The notes beneath the pieces were generated by a model, which saw nothing but the letters and a program-made list of their open reading frames with translations, was not told the DNA's origin and ran no database searches. 32,000 nt of DNA from Micrococcus luteus NCTC 2665 (GTDB lineage Bacteria; Actinomycetota; Actinomycetes; Actinomycetales; Micrococcaceae): the NCBI RefSeq assembly GCF_000023205.1, contig NC_012803.1, forward strand, positions 690,001 to 722,000, in the 5' to 3' direction. Below are positions 8,135 through 15,670 of this stretch, in pieces (the first letter of the stretch is position 1; each line of letters starts with the position of its first letter). The position numbers and the translations under genes were made by a program.

Positions 8135-9189
8135 CCATCGACGCGATGAAGTGGGCGTGGAAGGCTGCGGAGACGGGCCACCTCAACACCGGCCAGGCGT
8201 TCGTGCTTTTGATACTGGGTGACCACGCGGACGAGGCGTGGTCTTGCTACCCGAGCCAGGAGACGTTGGCCCGGCGGTCGGCCCAGACGGTGCGTTCGGT
8301 GGAGCGGCACATCGCCCGCCTGCGAGACCTGGGCCTGGTGGAGACCGAGTCCCGGTACGGGGACGGGCGCGGGCGGATCGGCTTGAGGTACTACCTCCGC
8401 GAAGAGGCCCTGAACGACCTTGTCCAAGACCCCAAGACCCGCATGAACACGCGACCCGACAATCTGGCGGGTAAATCTGAGACCCGCATGAACACGCGAA
8501 CCGACAATCTGGCGGGTAAATCTGAGACCTGCATGAACACGCGACCCGACAATCTGGCGGGTAAATCTGAGACCCGCATGAACACGCGACCCGACAATCT
8601 GGCGGGTGATTCGACTCACCCGACAATTTCGGCGGACTCACCCGACAATCGCGACTTTGCCGACTATAAGGATCGCGCGCGGACTAACCCCCAAGAACCC
8701 TCATCTGTCCGTCCGTCAGTCCGTCAGTCCGGTGCAGTGCGCGCGGAGACGACGACGGACGACGGACGACGGACCGATCAGGCCATCGACGGTGGGGAAG
8801 GCGTGGGGCTGGTCCATCGGGGTGTGGTCCTGGCGGACCTGGTTCAGCGGGTGCCGGCGGCTGCGGACCTCGGGGACGGGCAGCTGCGGTCCATCGTGGA
8901 CGTGGTCTTGGCGCGGGCCTCGGGGCCGGTGCGCAAGCCCACGGCGTTCGTGGCGCGGTCCTTGGCCTCGGAGTTCGAGGAGTTGGTCGCGGTGACCCGG
9001 CCCCGGCCGGTCGCCGTGGCTCAGGCTCCGGCTGCGTCGGGGCAGGTGCGTGAGCTGCGGACCGGTGAGCCGTGCCAGGACCCGGACGTGCACGTCTCGG
9101 CGTACGGGCAGGCCGTGCTTGCGGATTGCCCGCACTGCCGGCTGGAGCGTCGGGCGATGCCACGGGCGTTGGTGGAGGCGGTGGAGTGA
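8131..9189 (+). CDS. Winged-helix DNA-binding protein, replication/transfer-initiator-like, with an internal 15-aa x4 repeat
   Basis: N-terminus MKWAWKAAETGHLNTGQAFVLLILGDHADEAWSCYPSQETLARRSAQTVRSVERHIARLRDLGLVE is a helix-turn-helix fold common in plasmid/ICE/phage Rep-like proteins. The repeat is TRMNTRPDNLAGKSE x4. C-terminal GPVRKPTAFVARSLA motif and a Cys pair. Confidence 0.55.
   Translation: MTIDAMKWAWKAAETGHLNTGQAFVLLILGDHADEAWSCYPSQETLARRSAQTVRSVERHIARLRDLGLVETESRYGDGRGRIGLRYYLREEALNDLVQDPKTRMNTRPDNLAGKSETRMNTRTDNLAGKSETCMNTRPDNLAGKSETRMNTRPDNLAGDSTHPTISADSPDNRDFADYKDRARTNPQEPSSVRPSVRQSGAVRAETTTDDGRRTDQAIDGGEGVGLVHRGVVLADLVQRVPAAADLGDGQLRSIVDVVLARASGPVRKPTAFVARSLASEFEELVAVTRPRPVAVAQAPAASGQVRELRTGEPCQDPDVHVSAYGQAVLADCPHCRLERRAMPRALVEAVE
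8436..8607. repeat. 45-bp tandem repeat, about 3.8 copies (gacccgcatgaacacgcgacccgacaatctggcgggtaaatctga; unit starts 8436, 8481, 8526, 8571), followed by two degenerate cccgacaat cores (8619-8627 and 8641-8649)
   Basis: Counted directly. Copies differ by 1-2 nt. The array is in frame within the 8131-9189 CDS. The core ccgacaatctggcgggt recurs. Confidence 0.9.
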
Positions 9190-10034
9190 TGGCCGGGCAG
9201 GCGGACCGGGTGGCTCCGGCGGGGATGGTGCTGGTGACCGGTGACGAGCTGGCGGAAGCGGTGGCCTCGGTGCGAGGCACGGTGGTGGCCGTGCTCGGAC
9301 CCTCGGGCAACGGCGACGTCGTGGAGGACGTGCTCCAGAGCACGTGGGAGTCCGCGTGGCACTCCCGGGAGCGGTTCGATCCGGACCGGGGTTCCCTGCG
9401 GACCTGGGTCGGCACCATCGCCCGGAACCGGGCGGTGGATCATCTGCGGGCGGTCGGCCGGTCGCGGGCGGGCCAGGAGGCGCTGGAGGCTTCCGCGGTG
9501 GCGCGGGAGAAGACTGCGGTGTCGATGGTCATGGAGGACCCGGCCGAGGCTGTGGTTGAAGCGCTGGCTGCACACCGGGAAGTCGCGGAGGTGATGCGGG
9601 TGGTCGAGTCGGTGATGGAGTCCTCGGAGATGACGGCCCGTGCCCTGGCCGTGGTGCTGGCGTTCGGGGATGACGTCGTGGCGGCATCGGAGGCGATGGG
9701 CGTCTCGGTGACCGCACTGCGTCAGGCGCGGCGTGAGCTGGTGCGCTGTGCCCGGGTGGTCCGGGCGGCGCAGGAGGTGGCCCGTTCGGGGCAGGCGGTG
9801 ACGATGCGCGTGCTGATCAGCTGCCTTCCCGACGACGGGGACGCGGGGGACTGGGCGCGGCAGGTCGCGTTGGCCTGCGCGCAGGCTGGGGGCCGGATGG
9901 AAGCGGTCACGGTCGAGGACGTCATGCAGGCCACCGGGTTCAGCCACTCCACGAGTCGGCAGTACCTGGCCGAGACGCGGCACCTGCTGCGGGTGGCGAC
10001 AACGGTGATCCGAAACGAGAGGGCAGAGAAGTGA
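9189..10034 (+). CDS. ECF-type sigma-70 family RNA polymerase sigma factor, with a long C-terminal extension
   Basis: Region 2-like DVVEDVLQSTWESAWHSRERFDPDRGSLRTWVGTIARNRAVDHLR. Region 4-like AASEAMGVSVTALRQARRELVRCARV. ATG 9189 overlaps the upstream stop (TGATG). The ORF-track start 9072 lies inside the upstream gene. Confidence 0.65.
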   Translation: MAGQADRVAPAGMVLVTGDELAEAVASVRGTVVAVLGPSGNGDVVEDVLQSTWESAWHSRERFDPDRGSLRTWVGTIARNRAVDHLRAVGRSRAGQEALEASAVAREKTAVSMVMEDPAEAVVEALAAHREVAEVMRVVESVMESSEMTARALAVVLAFGDDVVAASEAMGVSVTALRQARRELVRCARVVRAAQEVARSGQAVTMRVLISCLPDDGDAGDWARQVALACAQAGGRMEAVTVEDVMQATGFSHSTSRQYLAETRHLLRVATTVIRNERAEK

Positions 10035-10330
10035 GCGAACAGACGGAGTTCGAGCAGAGCCAAGACGTGCCGGAGGGCCAGGAGCCGCGCGTGGTCTACG
10101 TAGAGCGGGACCGGGGGCTGTTCTCGTCCGTGCGGCGGCTGCGCCAGAGCACGGGTGAGGCCGGGCGGCGGTGGGTGGCGGAGTCCGTGGACGCGCCACT
10201 GCCGACGTCGTGGCAGGAGCGTGTACCGGCCGGGTGGGACTCGGCCCGGGGTCGGTGGGCGATTGCGGCCGTGGCGCTGGTGGTACTCGTGCTGTGGGTG
10301 CTGGCGGTGGTGCAGGCGATGGCGGGCTGA
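10031..10330 (+). CDS. Small single-pass membrane protein, candidate anti-sigma factor by position
   Basis: GTG start overlaps the sigma-factor stop (GTGA). Acidic/charged N-terminal part, then one C-terminal TM segment WAIAAVALVVLVLWVLAVVQAMAG. Confidence 0.45.
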   Translation: MSEQTEFEQSQDVPEGQEPRVVYVERDRGLFSSVRRLRQSTGEAGRRWVAESVDAPLPTSWQERVPAGWDSARGRWAIAAVALVVLVLWVLAVVQAMAG

Positions 10331-10415
10331 CAGACCTTCGCGGTGGCGACCGCGAACCCAGGACGAGACACGGCAACGAAGCAAGACGGGTCAGACGAGC
10401 GACGAGGAGTCGGAC

Positions 10416-11078
10416 ATGTTGAACGGAATCAACCCGGACGGGCTGTCGGGGTGGTCACAGATCAGTGGATGGGTGGTCGGGACGGCGCTGGTCGTGCTGG
10501 TCCTGGCGGTGGGTGCTGGCGTGGTGCTGGCGATGTGGGGCAGGGCCTGGTTTTCGCCTGGCGGGATGCGGAAGGGGTGGACGATGGTCGGGTTGGCGGC
10601 GGTGGGGGCGACGGTGCTGGGCGCTGGCACGGCCGGCGCGAGCTGGGGGGCTGGGCTGGGCACGAGCGAGCTGATGCCCGCCGGGGCCAGGCCACAGTCG
10701 GTCGCGATCGAGAAGAACGCCCCGAAGCAGACCTGCAACCGGCAGGCGGTGCGGGACTTTGACAAGGAGGAGCCGTCGCCGGATCGGGCAGAGCGTGAGC
10801 GTGTGATCAGTGCGTTGCTCGGTGGACAGCCCGCGTTGGACGGGTACGAGTGGGGCAAGGAGCCTACGGGCACGGAATCCTCGTACACGGTCGTCACATC
10901 GGTGAAGTGGTATGCCACGGGCGAGGTGAACGGGTCGGGTGAGCCGGACTGCTCGGCGCAGAACGAGGCCACGGCCGAGTGCTCGCCGGTCGAGGTGCAC
11001 GTGGCGCGTCAGTCGCTGACCAACGGTGCTCAGACCGGGCGGACCCTGACGCTGACGCGGGGTCAGAACTGCTCTTGA
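10416..11078 (+). CDS. Membrane-anchored extracytoplasmic protein (2 N-terminal TM segments, Cys-containing C-terminal domain), function unknown
   Basis: ATG 10416 preceded by a gaggag RBS (10404-10409). MLNGINPDGLSGWSQISGWVVGTALVVLVLAVGAGVVLAMW...MVGLAAVGATVLGAG. Three Cys in the C-terminal domain. Confidence 0.55.
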   Translation: MLNGINPDGLSGWSQISGWVVGTALVVLVLAVGAGVVLAMWGRAWFSPGGMRKGWTMVGLAAVGATVLGAGTAGASWGAGLGTSELMPAGARPQSVAIEKNAPKQTCNRQAVRDFDKEEPSPDRAERERVISALLGGQPALDGYEWGKEPTGTESSYTVVTSVKWYATGEVNGSGEPDCSAQNEATAECSPVEVHVARQSLTNGAQTGRTLTLTRGQNCS

Positions 11079-11093
11079 TCTGATCTGAGGGTT

Positions 11094-11131
11094 GCCCCCA
11101 CCTGCTGCGGATGCAGCGGGTGGGGGCTTTC
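11094..11131 (+). terminator. Intrinsic-terminator-like hairpin gcccccacctgctgc-gga-tgcagcgggtgggggc followed by tttc
   Basis: Inverted repeat read from the sequence, directly after the 10416-11078 CDS. Confidence 0.6.
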
Positions 11132-11261
11132 TCGTGTGCGGGGCAGGTGACATGCGTGGCGGTGCGGCGCGTCGTACATCTGGCAGCGGGCAGGAGGTGC
11201 CCGCGCGGGCCGGAAGACATCCGGGCCGTCGTCACATCACATCCCTACGGGAGGACCTCTG

Positions 11262-11567
11262 ATGAGCAATCTGATTCACGCGGCCACCACGGTGGCTGCC
11301 GGTGTCCCGGACATCGCACCGAGCTTCGATGGGCCCTGGATGCCCACCATCCAGAACATCACGGGCCTGGCGTTGGGCACCTTCCTGGTCATCCTGATCG
11401 TCGCCGTCGGCATCGGCGTGCTGGTCTGGATTTTCGGCAAGCTCTCCTCGAGCGGCCGCGCGCAGGACGTGGGTATCAGCTTCGTGGTCTGGGGCATCGT
11501 GGCTGCGGCCCTGATCGCCGGTGCTGCGAGCCTGATCGGTTGGGGCGCGGGCCTGCCGCTGTTCTGA
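11262..11567 (+). CDS. Small 2-TM membrane protein at the head of the transfer operon (pilin/VirB2-like size and topology; homology not established)
   Basis: gggagga RBS before the ATG. 101 aa with two hydrophobic helices, LALGTFLVILIVAVGIGVLVWIF and ISFVVWGIVAAALIAGAASLIGW. Confidence 0.55.
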   Translation: MSNLIHAATTVAAGVPDIAPSFDGPWMPTIQNITGLALGTFLVILIVAVGIGVLVWIFGKLSSSGRAQDVGISFVVWGIVAAALIAGAASLIGWGAGLPLF

Positions 11568-11599
11568 GGTCCTGAGCGCACTCACGGAGGGAGAGAACG

Positions 11600-12640
11600 A
11601 TGTGGGAGAAGGACTTCGAGGAATTCGTGCGAGGTTCGATCCTGGGGCTGGCGAAGGCCGCTGCCGGGCTGATCGAGCAGGCTTTCTCCGTGGGTGCGCT
11701 GACCCCGGAGTGGTGGGTCACGGTCGTCGGCGGTCAGGTCACTACAACGGTGGCCGGTGGCGAGAGCGCGGTGATCGACCACCCGGGGATGCTGAACGTC
11801 ATCGTGCTGGCGATGATCCCGCTGCTGGTGATCTTCGTGGCCGTCCAGGTCGCGCTCTCGGCGGTGCGCGGGTCCACGGCTGGCATGCTGCGCGCGTTCC
11901 TGGCGGCGGTGTTCAGCATCCCGGCGACTTACGTGGTGGTCGGGCTGGTGTGGATGGCGATGGGAGCGACCCAGCAGCTGACCTTGTGGATCTTGCAGGT
12001 CGGTTCCGGTGGCACCGATGGCCAGGACGAGGCAGTGGCCGGCGTGCTGGGACTGTTCGGTCTGACCTACGACGCCGCCAACGACAAGATCTTGCTGGAC
12101 GAGAACTTCGCGCAGTGGGAGATGGCCAGCGAGAACGCGGAAAACGGGATGATCCTGGTCGCGTGGATCATCGCGCTGGTGATCTTCTTCGCCTGCTTCG
12201 TGCTGATGGCGATGATGATCTTCCGTCTGGTGCTGATTCTGATTTTGGCCTCGTTCGCGGCCCCGGCGATCTTCTCGCTGGCCCTGGAGCCGGCCAAGGC
12301 CCTGGCGGGGCGGTGGCTGTCGATGATGCTGGGGCTGATCATGGCCGGGCCGATCGCAGCCGCCGTCGTGCGGCTGGGTATGGCGATGGCGGCATTGTCC
12401 ACGGATTGGGTGCAGACCGTGGCTGGCATGGTGCTGGTGTTCGTGGCCGCGGCCATGCCGATCTTCATGCTTGCGGTCACCGCGTGGCTGGGCGGCGGTG
12501 CTGGCCAGGCTGAGCAGGCGGGCGTGATGGCCGCGAGCCGGGCCGGGCGTGGAGGAATGAATTCGATGCGGGGCGTTTCGGCGCGGGCTGGCCGGATGCG
12601 CCAGCGTGCCGGGGCGATGGTGATGCGAGGAGGCCGCTGA
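11600..12640 (+). CDS. Polytopic membrane protein, VirB6/TrbL-like conjugation channel component
   Basis: 346 aa with about 6-7 TM helices. ggaggga RBS. Positioned before the SCO6880-like and VirB4-like genes. Gly/Arg-rich C-terminal tail. Confidence 0.55.
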   Translation: MWEKDFEEFVRGSILGLAKAAAGLIEQAFSVGALTPEWWVTVVGGQVTTTVAGGESAVIDHPGMLNVIVLAMIPLLVIFVAVQVALSAVRGSTAGMLRAFLAAVFSIPATYVVVGLVWMAMGATQQLTLWILQVGSGGTDGQDEAVAGVLGLFGLTYDAANDKILLDENFAQWEMASENAENGMILVAWIIALVIFFACFVLMAMMIFRLVLILILASFAAPAIFSLALEPAKALAGRWLSMMLGLIMAGPIAAAVVRLGMAMAALSTDWVQTVAGMVLVFVAAAMPIFMLAVTAWLGGGAGQAEQAGVMAASRAGRGGMNSMRGVSARAGRMRQRAGAMVMRGGR

Positions 12641-14229
12641 TGGCAACGATGATTCAGGAGTCGATGGACTCGGAGTACGACGACGTCCGATTCCCCCAGG
12701 AACGGACTCAGGGACTGATCCTGGGGCTGACCCTGGAGCAGGTGATCGTGGTTCTGGCCGGCGTGCTGATCGGCATGGCGTTCATCCTGCGTGGCGGGCC
12801 GGCCATGTTCGTGGGTATCGGGCTGATGGCCGTGATCGGCGCGTTCGGTGCGACCCGGTTCCGTGGCCGGTCCCTGCCTGGCTGGGTGTGGGTGGCGGCG
12901 CAGTACCTGCGGCGGGGGGCAACGGATCAGCTCGAGTACCGCCAGGGGATGGCCCCGGCACACGTGCTGGAGCTGGTGGACGGCGAGCCGCAGGCACCCG
13001 TGAGTGAGGCAGGGCCGCAGGCCCAACGTGATGCGAAGGGGCGGATCAAGCCGGGTGAGCCGGCGCGGTTCCGGCTGCCGGGTGTGGCCGGAGAGCTGAT
13101 GGTCTACGCGATGCCCAACGGGGCCGGGTTCGTCTGGGACCCGCGCGCCCGGGAAGCGGTGGTCTGCGCGAAGGTCATGACGACGCGGGGCTTTGATCTG
13201 GAGTCCTTCGACGCTCAGGAGGAACGGTCCCTGTCGTGGGGATCGTCGCTGGCGGCGCTGTCGCGTCTGCCGGGTGTGGTGCGGATTCAGGCGTCGGATC
13301 AGACGACGCTCATCTCCGGTGCGGCCGTGGAGGACTTCTACGAGTCCAAGCAGGAGGACGCGGGCCGGTCAGGGGCAAGCATCGACCCGTTCCTGGACCA
13401 GGCGTTCCGTGAGCTGATGAAGGAGGCCCAGTCGATGCCGGTGCACGAGCAGTGGCTGACGCTGGTGGTCTCCCCGTCGAAGATCACCTCGCAGGTCAAG
13501 GCGCTCGGCGGGGGCACCCCGGCGCTCATGGAGCACATGCTCAAGCTGATGACGACGGTGGAGAGCACGCTGCCGCGCTCGGGGACCCAGGTGACCGCCT
13601 GGCACTCCCCGCGCACGCTGGCCGGCCTCTCGCGGTCGGCGTTCGACCCGGACGCCTCGGTGATGGTCTCGACCATGAAGGCGGACGGGCAGCCGGCGGG
13701 CACCGCGCCCTCGAGTGCGGGACCGATGGCCGTGGAGGTTCATGCGGGCCACATGGTCACGGACGGGAACTACCACCGCACCTACAAGGTCTCCGAGCTG
13801 CCGCAGAACCTGGCCCGGCTGGGGTTCCTGGACGAGCTGGTGTTCGCCGGGGACTTCCGGCACACGGTCTCGGTGTTCCTGGCGCCGGTCGAGCGTGGGG
13901 CCGCGGTGCGGTCCGTGCAGCGGCGCAAGACGGACTGGCACACGAACTCGCGGCTGATGAGCAAGCTCGGTCGCATCGGTTCGTTGGAACATGACCAGTC
14001 CCTGGAGGACGTCGAGCGTGAGGAGGCCGAGCTGCGGCGTCGGCACACGGGCGTGGAGGTCGTCGTGCTGGTCACGGTGACCGGGTCCTCGCGGTCCGAG
14101 CTGGAGTCCGCGGCGGCGGAGGTCATGACCGCCGGGATCACGGCCGAGTGCGAGCTGCGCCCGGTGTGGATGGAGCAGGACGCGGCGTTCGTGGCCGGTG
14201 CCCTGCCGTTCGGAAGGATGAAGCTCTGA
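12640..14229 (+). CDS. SCO6880-like conjugative T4SS protein (N-terminal VirB3/PrgI-like membrane hairpin plus large soluble domain)
   Basis: N-terminus DVRFPQERTQGLILGLTLEQVIVVLAGVLIGMAFIL...FVGIGLMAVIGAFGATRFRGRSLPGWVWVAAQYLRR is the layout seen in actinobacterial SCO6880-family proteins that precede VirB4-like ATPases. The start overlaps the upstream stop. Confidence 0.6.
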   Translation: MATMIQESMDSEYDDVRFPQERTQGLILGLTLEQVIVVLAGVLIGMAFILRGGPAMFVGIGLMAVIGAFGATRFRGRSLPGWVWVAAQYLRRGATDQLEYRQGMAPAHVLELVDGEPQAPVSEAGPQAQRDAKGRIKPGEPARFRLPGVAGELMVYAMPNGAGFVWDPRAREAVVCAKVMTTRGFDLESFDAQEERSLSWGSSLAALSRLPGVVRIQASDQTTLISGAAVEDFYESKQEDAGRSGASIDPFLDQAFRELMKEAQSMPVHEQWLTLVVSPSKITSQVKALGGGTPALMEHMLKLMTTVESTLPRSGTQVTAWHSPRTLAGLSRSAFDPDASVMVSTMKADGQPAGTAPSSAGPMAVEVHAGHMVTDGNYHRTYKVSELPQNLARLGFLDELVFAGDFRHTVSVFLAPVERGAAVRSVQRRKTDWHTNSRLMSKLGRIGSLEHDQSLEDVEREEAELRRRHTGVEVVVLVTVTGSSRSELESAAAEVMTAGITAECELRPVWMEQDAAFVAGALPFGRMKL

Positions 14230-14236
14230 TGCGTGA

Positions 14237-15670
14237 GGGCGTGTCAGATGGTCTGTGTAAGCCGTACCGAGAGGAACGGTAAGAATCATGACCATGACCG
14301 ACGAGAAGAACCCAGGCGAGCCCTCGGGCCAGGACCTGGTCGAGCAGCTGAAAGCCTCAGGGCAGCTTGATTCCCTATTCGCGCAGATCGACGCGGGCGG
14401 CGTCGAGCTCACCGGTGACGGCGGGTTCGTGCCCGCGCTGGTCAAGGCCGCGCTCGAGCGGGGCCTGCAGGCCGAGCTGACCAGCCATCTGGGCTACGAG
14501 AAGGGCTCGAGCGAGGCGCCGAAGCACGCCAACTCCCGCAACGGGACCACCCCGAAGACCGTGGAGTCCGAGGTCGGGCCGATCGAGCTGGACGTCCCGC
14601 GAGACCGGGGCGGGTCGTTCACCCCGCGCCTGGTGCCCAAGGGCCAGCGGCGCCTCGGGGGCCTGGATGACATGATCATCAGCCTCTATGCCGGCGGAAT
14701 GACGATCCGGGACATCCAGCACCACCTGGCCTCCACGATCGGCACGGACCTGTCGCACGAGACGATCTCCAACATCACCGACGCCGTGAGCGAAGAGGTC
14801 CTGGCGTGGCAGTCGCGGCCGCTGGAGGAGTTCTATCCGGTGATCTATCTCGACGCAATCCGGATCAAGATCCGAGAGAACAGCCAGGTCCTCAACCGTG
14901 CCGCCTACATCGCCGTCGGCGTGGACCTCGAGGGCATCAAGCACGTGCTGGGGATCTGGGTCCAGGACACCGAGGGCTCGGCGTTCTGGGCCCACGTCTG
15001 CGCCGATCTCGCCAACCGGGGCGTGCAGGACGTGCTGATCGTGTGCTGCGACGGGCTCAAGGGCCTGCCGGAGGCGGTCGAGGCGACGTGGCCGGACTCG
15101 ATGGTCCAGACCTGCGTGGTTCACCTGATCCGGGCCGCGATGCGGTTCGTGGCCTACCAGGACCGCAAGAAGGTCGCCGCCGCGCTGAAGCCGATCTACA
15201 CCGCCCCCAACGAAGAGACCGCGAGGAAGGCGCTGGCCGAGTTCGAGGCCTCCGAGCTCGGCACGAAGTACCCGTCTGCAGCCGCGACCTGGGCGAACTC
15301 CTGGGAGCGGTTCATCCCGTTCCTGCAGTTCCCACCCATGCTCCGCAAGGTCATCTACACGACCAACAGCATCGAGTCGCTGAACTTCCAGCTACGGAAG
15401 GTGACCAAGAACCGCGGCCACTTCCCCTCGACCGAGGCGGCGGTGAAGCTGCTCTGGCTGGCGATCTGCAACATCGAAGACAAACGCGCCGCCGAACGCG
15501 CTCGGGACCGGGGCAAACCCGCCGGCCAGCGCAAAGCCCAGGGCCGGCTCGTCGAAGGCCAGGCCGTCACGAACTGGAAGCAGGCCCTCGCCCAGCTCGC
15601 CGCGGCCTACCCCGACCGGATCAACCCCTACCTGTGACCACCCCGCTTACACAGACAAGTTGACACGCCC
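14237..15670 (+). mobile_element. IS256-family insertion sequence (1434 bp) with imperfect about 26-bp terminal IRs and an 8-bp target duplication ATGCGTGA
   Basis: IRL is gggcgtgtcagatggtctgtgtaagc (from 14237). The reverse complement of IRR is gggcgtgtcaacttgtctgtgtaagc (ends 15670). Direct repeats atgcgtga sit at 14229-14236 and 15671-15678. Confidence 0.9.
14288..15637 (+). CDS. IS256-family (Mutator-like) DDE transposase
   Basis: 449 aa. Motifs include GGFVPALVKAALERGLQAELTSHLGYEK, NSRNGTTPKTV, PRDRGGSFTPRLVPKGQRR, IISLYAGGMTIRDIQ, VIYLDAIRIKIRE, IVCCDGLKGLPEAV and IYTTNSIESLN. Confidence 0.95.
   Translation: MTMTDEKNPGEPSGQDLVEQLKASGQLDSLFAQIDAGGVELTGDGGFVPALVKAALERGLQAELTSHLGYEKGSSEAPKHANSRNGTTPKTVESEVGPIELDVPRDRGGSFTPRLVPKGQRRLGGLDDMIISLYAGGMTIRDIQHHLASTIGTDLSHETISNITDAVSEEVLAWQSRPLEEFYPVIYLDAIRIKIRENSQVLNRAAYIAVGVDLEGIKHVLGIWVQDTEGSAFWAHVCADLANRGVQDVLIVCCDGLKGLPEAVEATWPDSMVQTCVVHLIRAAMRFVAYQDRKKVAAALKPIYTAPNEETARKALAEFEASELGTKYPSAAATWANSWERFIPFLQFPPMLRKVIYTTNSIESLNFQLRKVTKNRGHFPSTEAAVKLLWLAICNIEDKRAAERARDRGKPAGQRKAQGRLVEGQAVTNWKQALAQLAAAYPDRINPYL

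Noticed and set aside
8436-8607. Possible CRISPR array, suggested by regular repeats
   Set aside because: The units are contiguous 45-bp tandem copies with no spacers. They are in frame inside a CDS, and no cas genes are present.
11212-11233. ECF-type promoter candidate (GGAAG ... CGTC) upstream of the first transfer gene
   Set aside because: The spacer is only 10-13 nt by direct count, against the 16-17 nt expected for ECF promoters.
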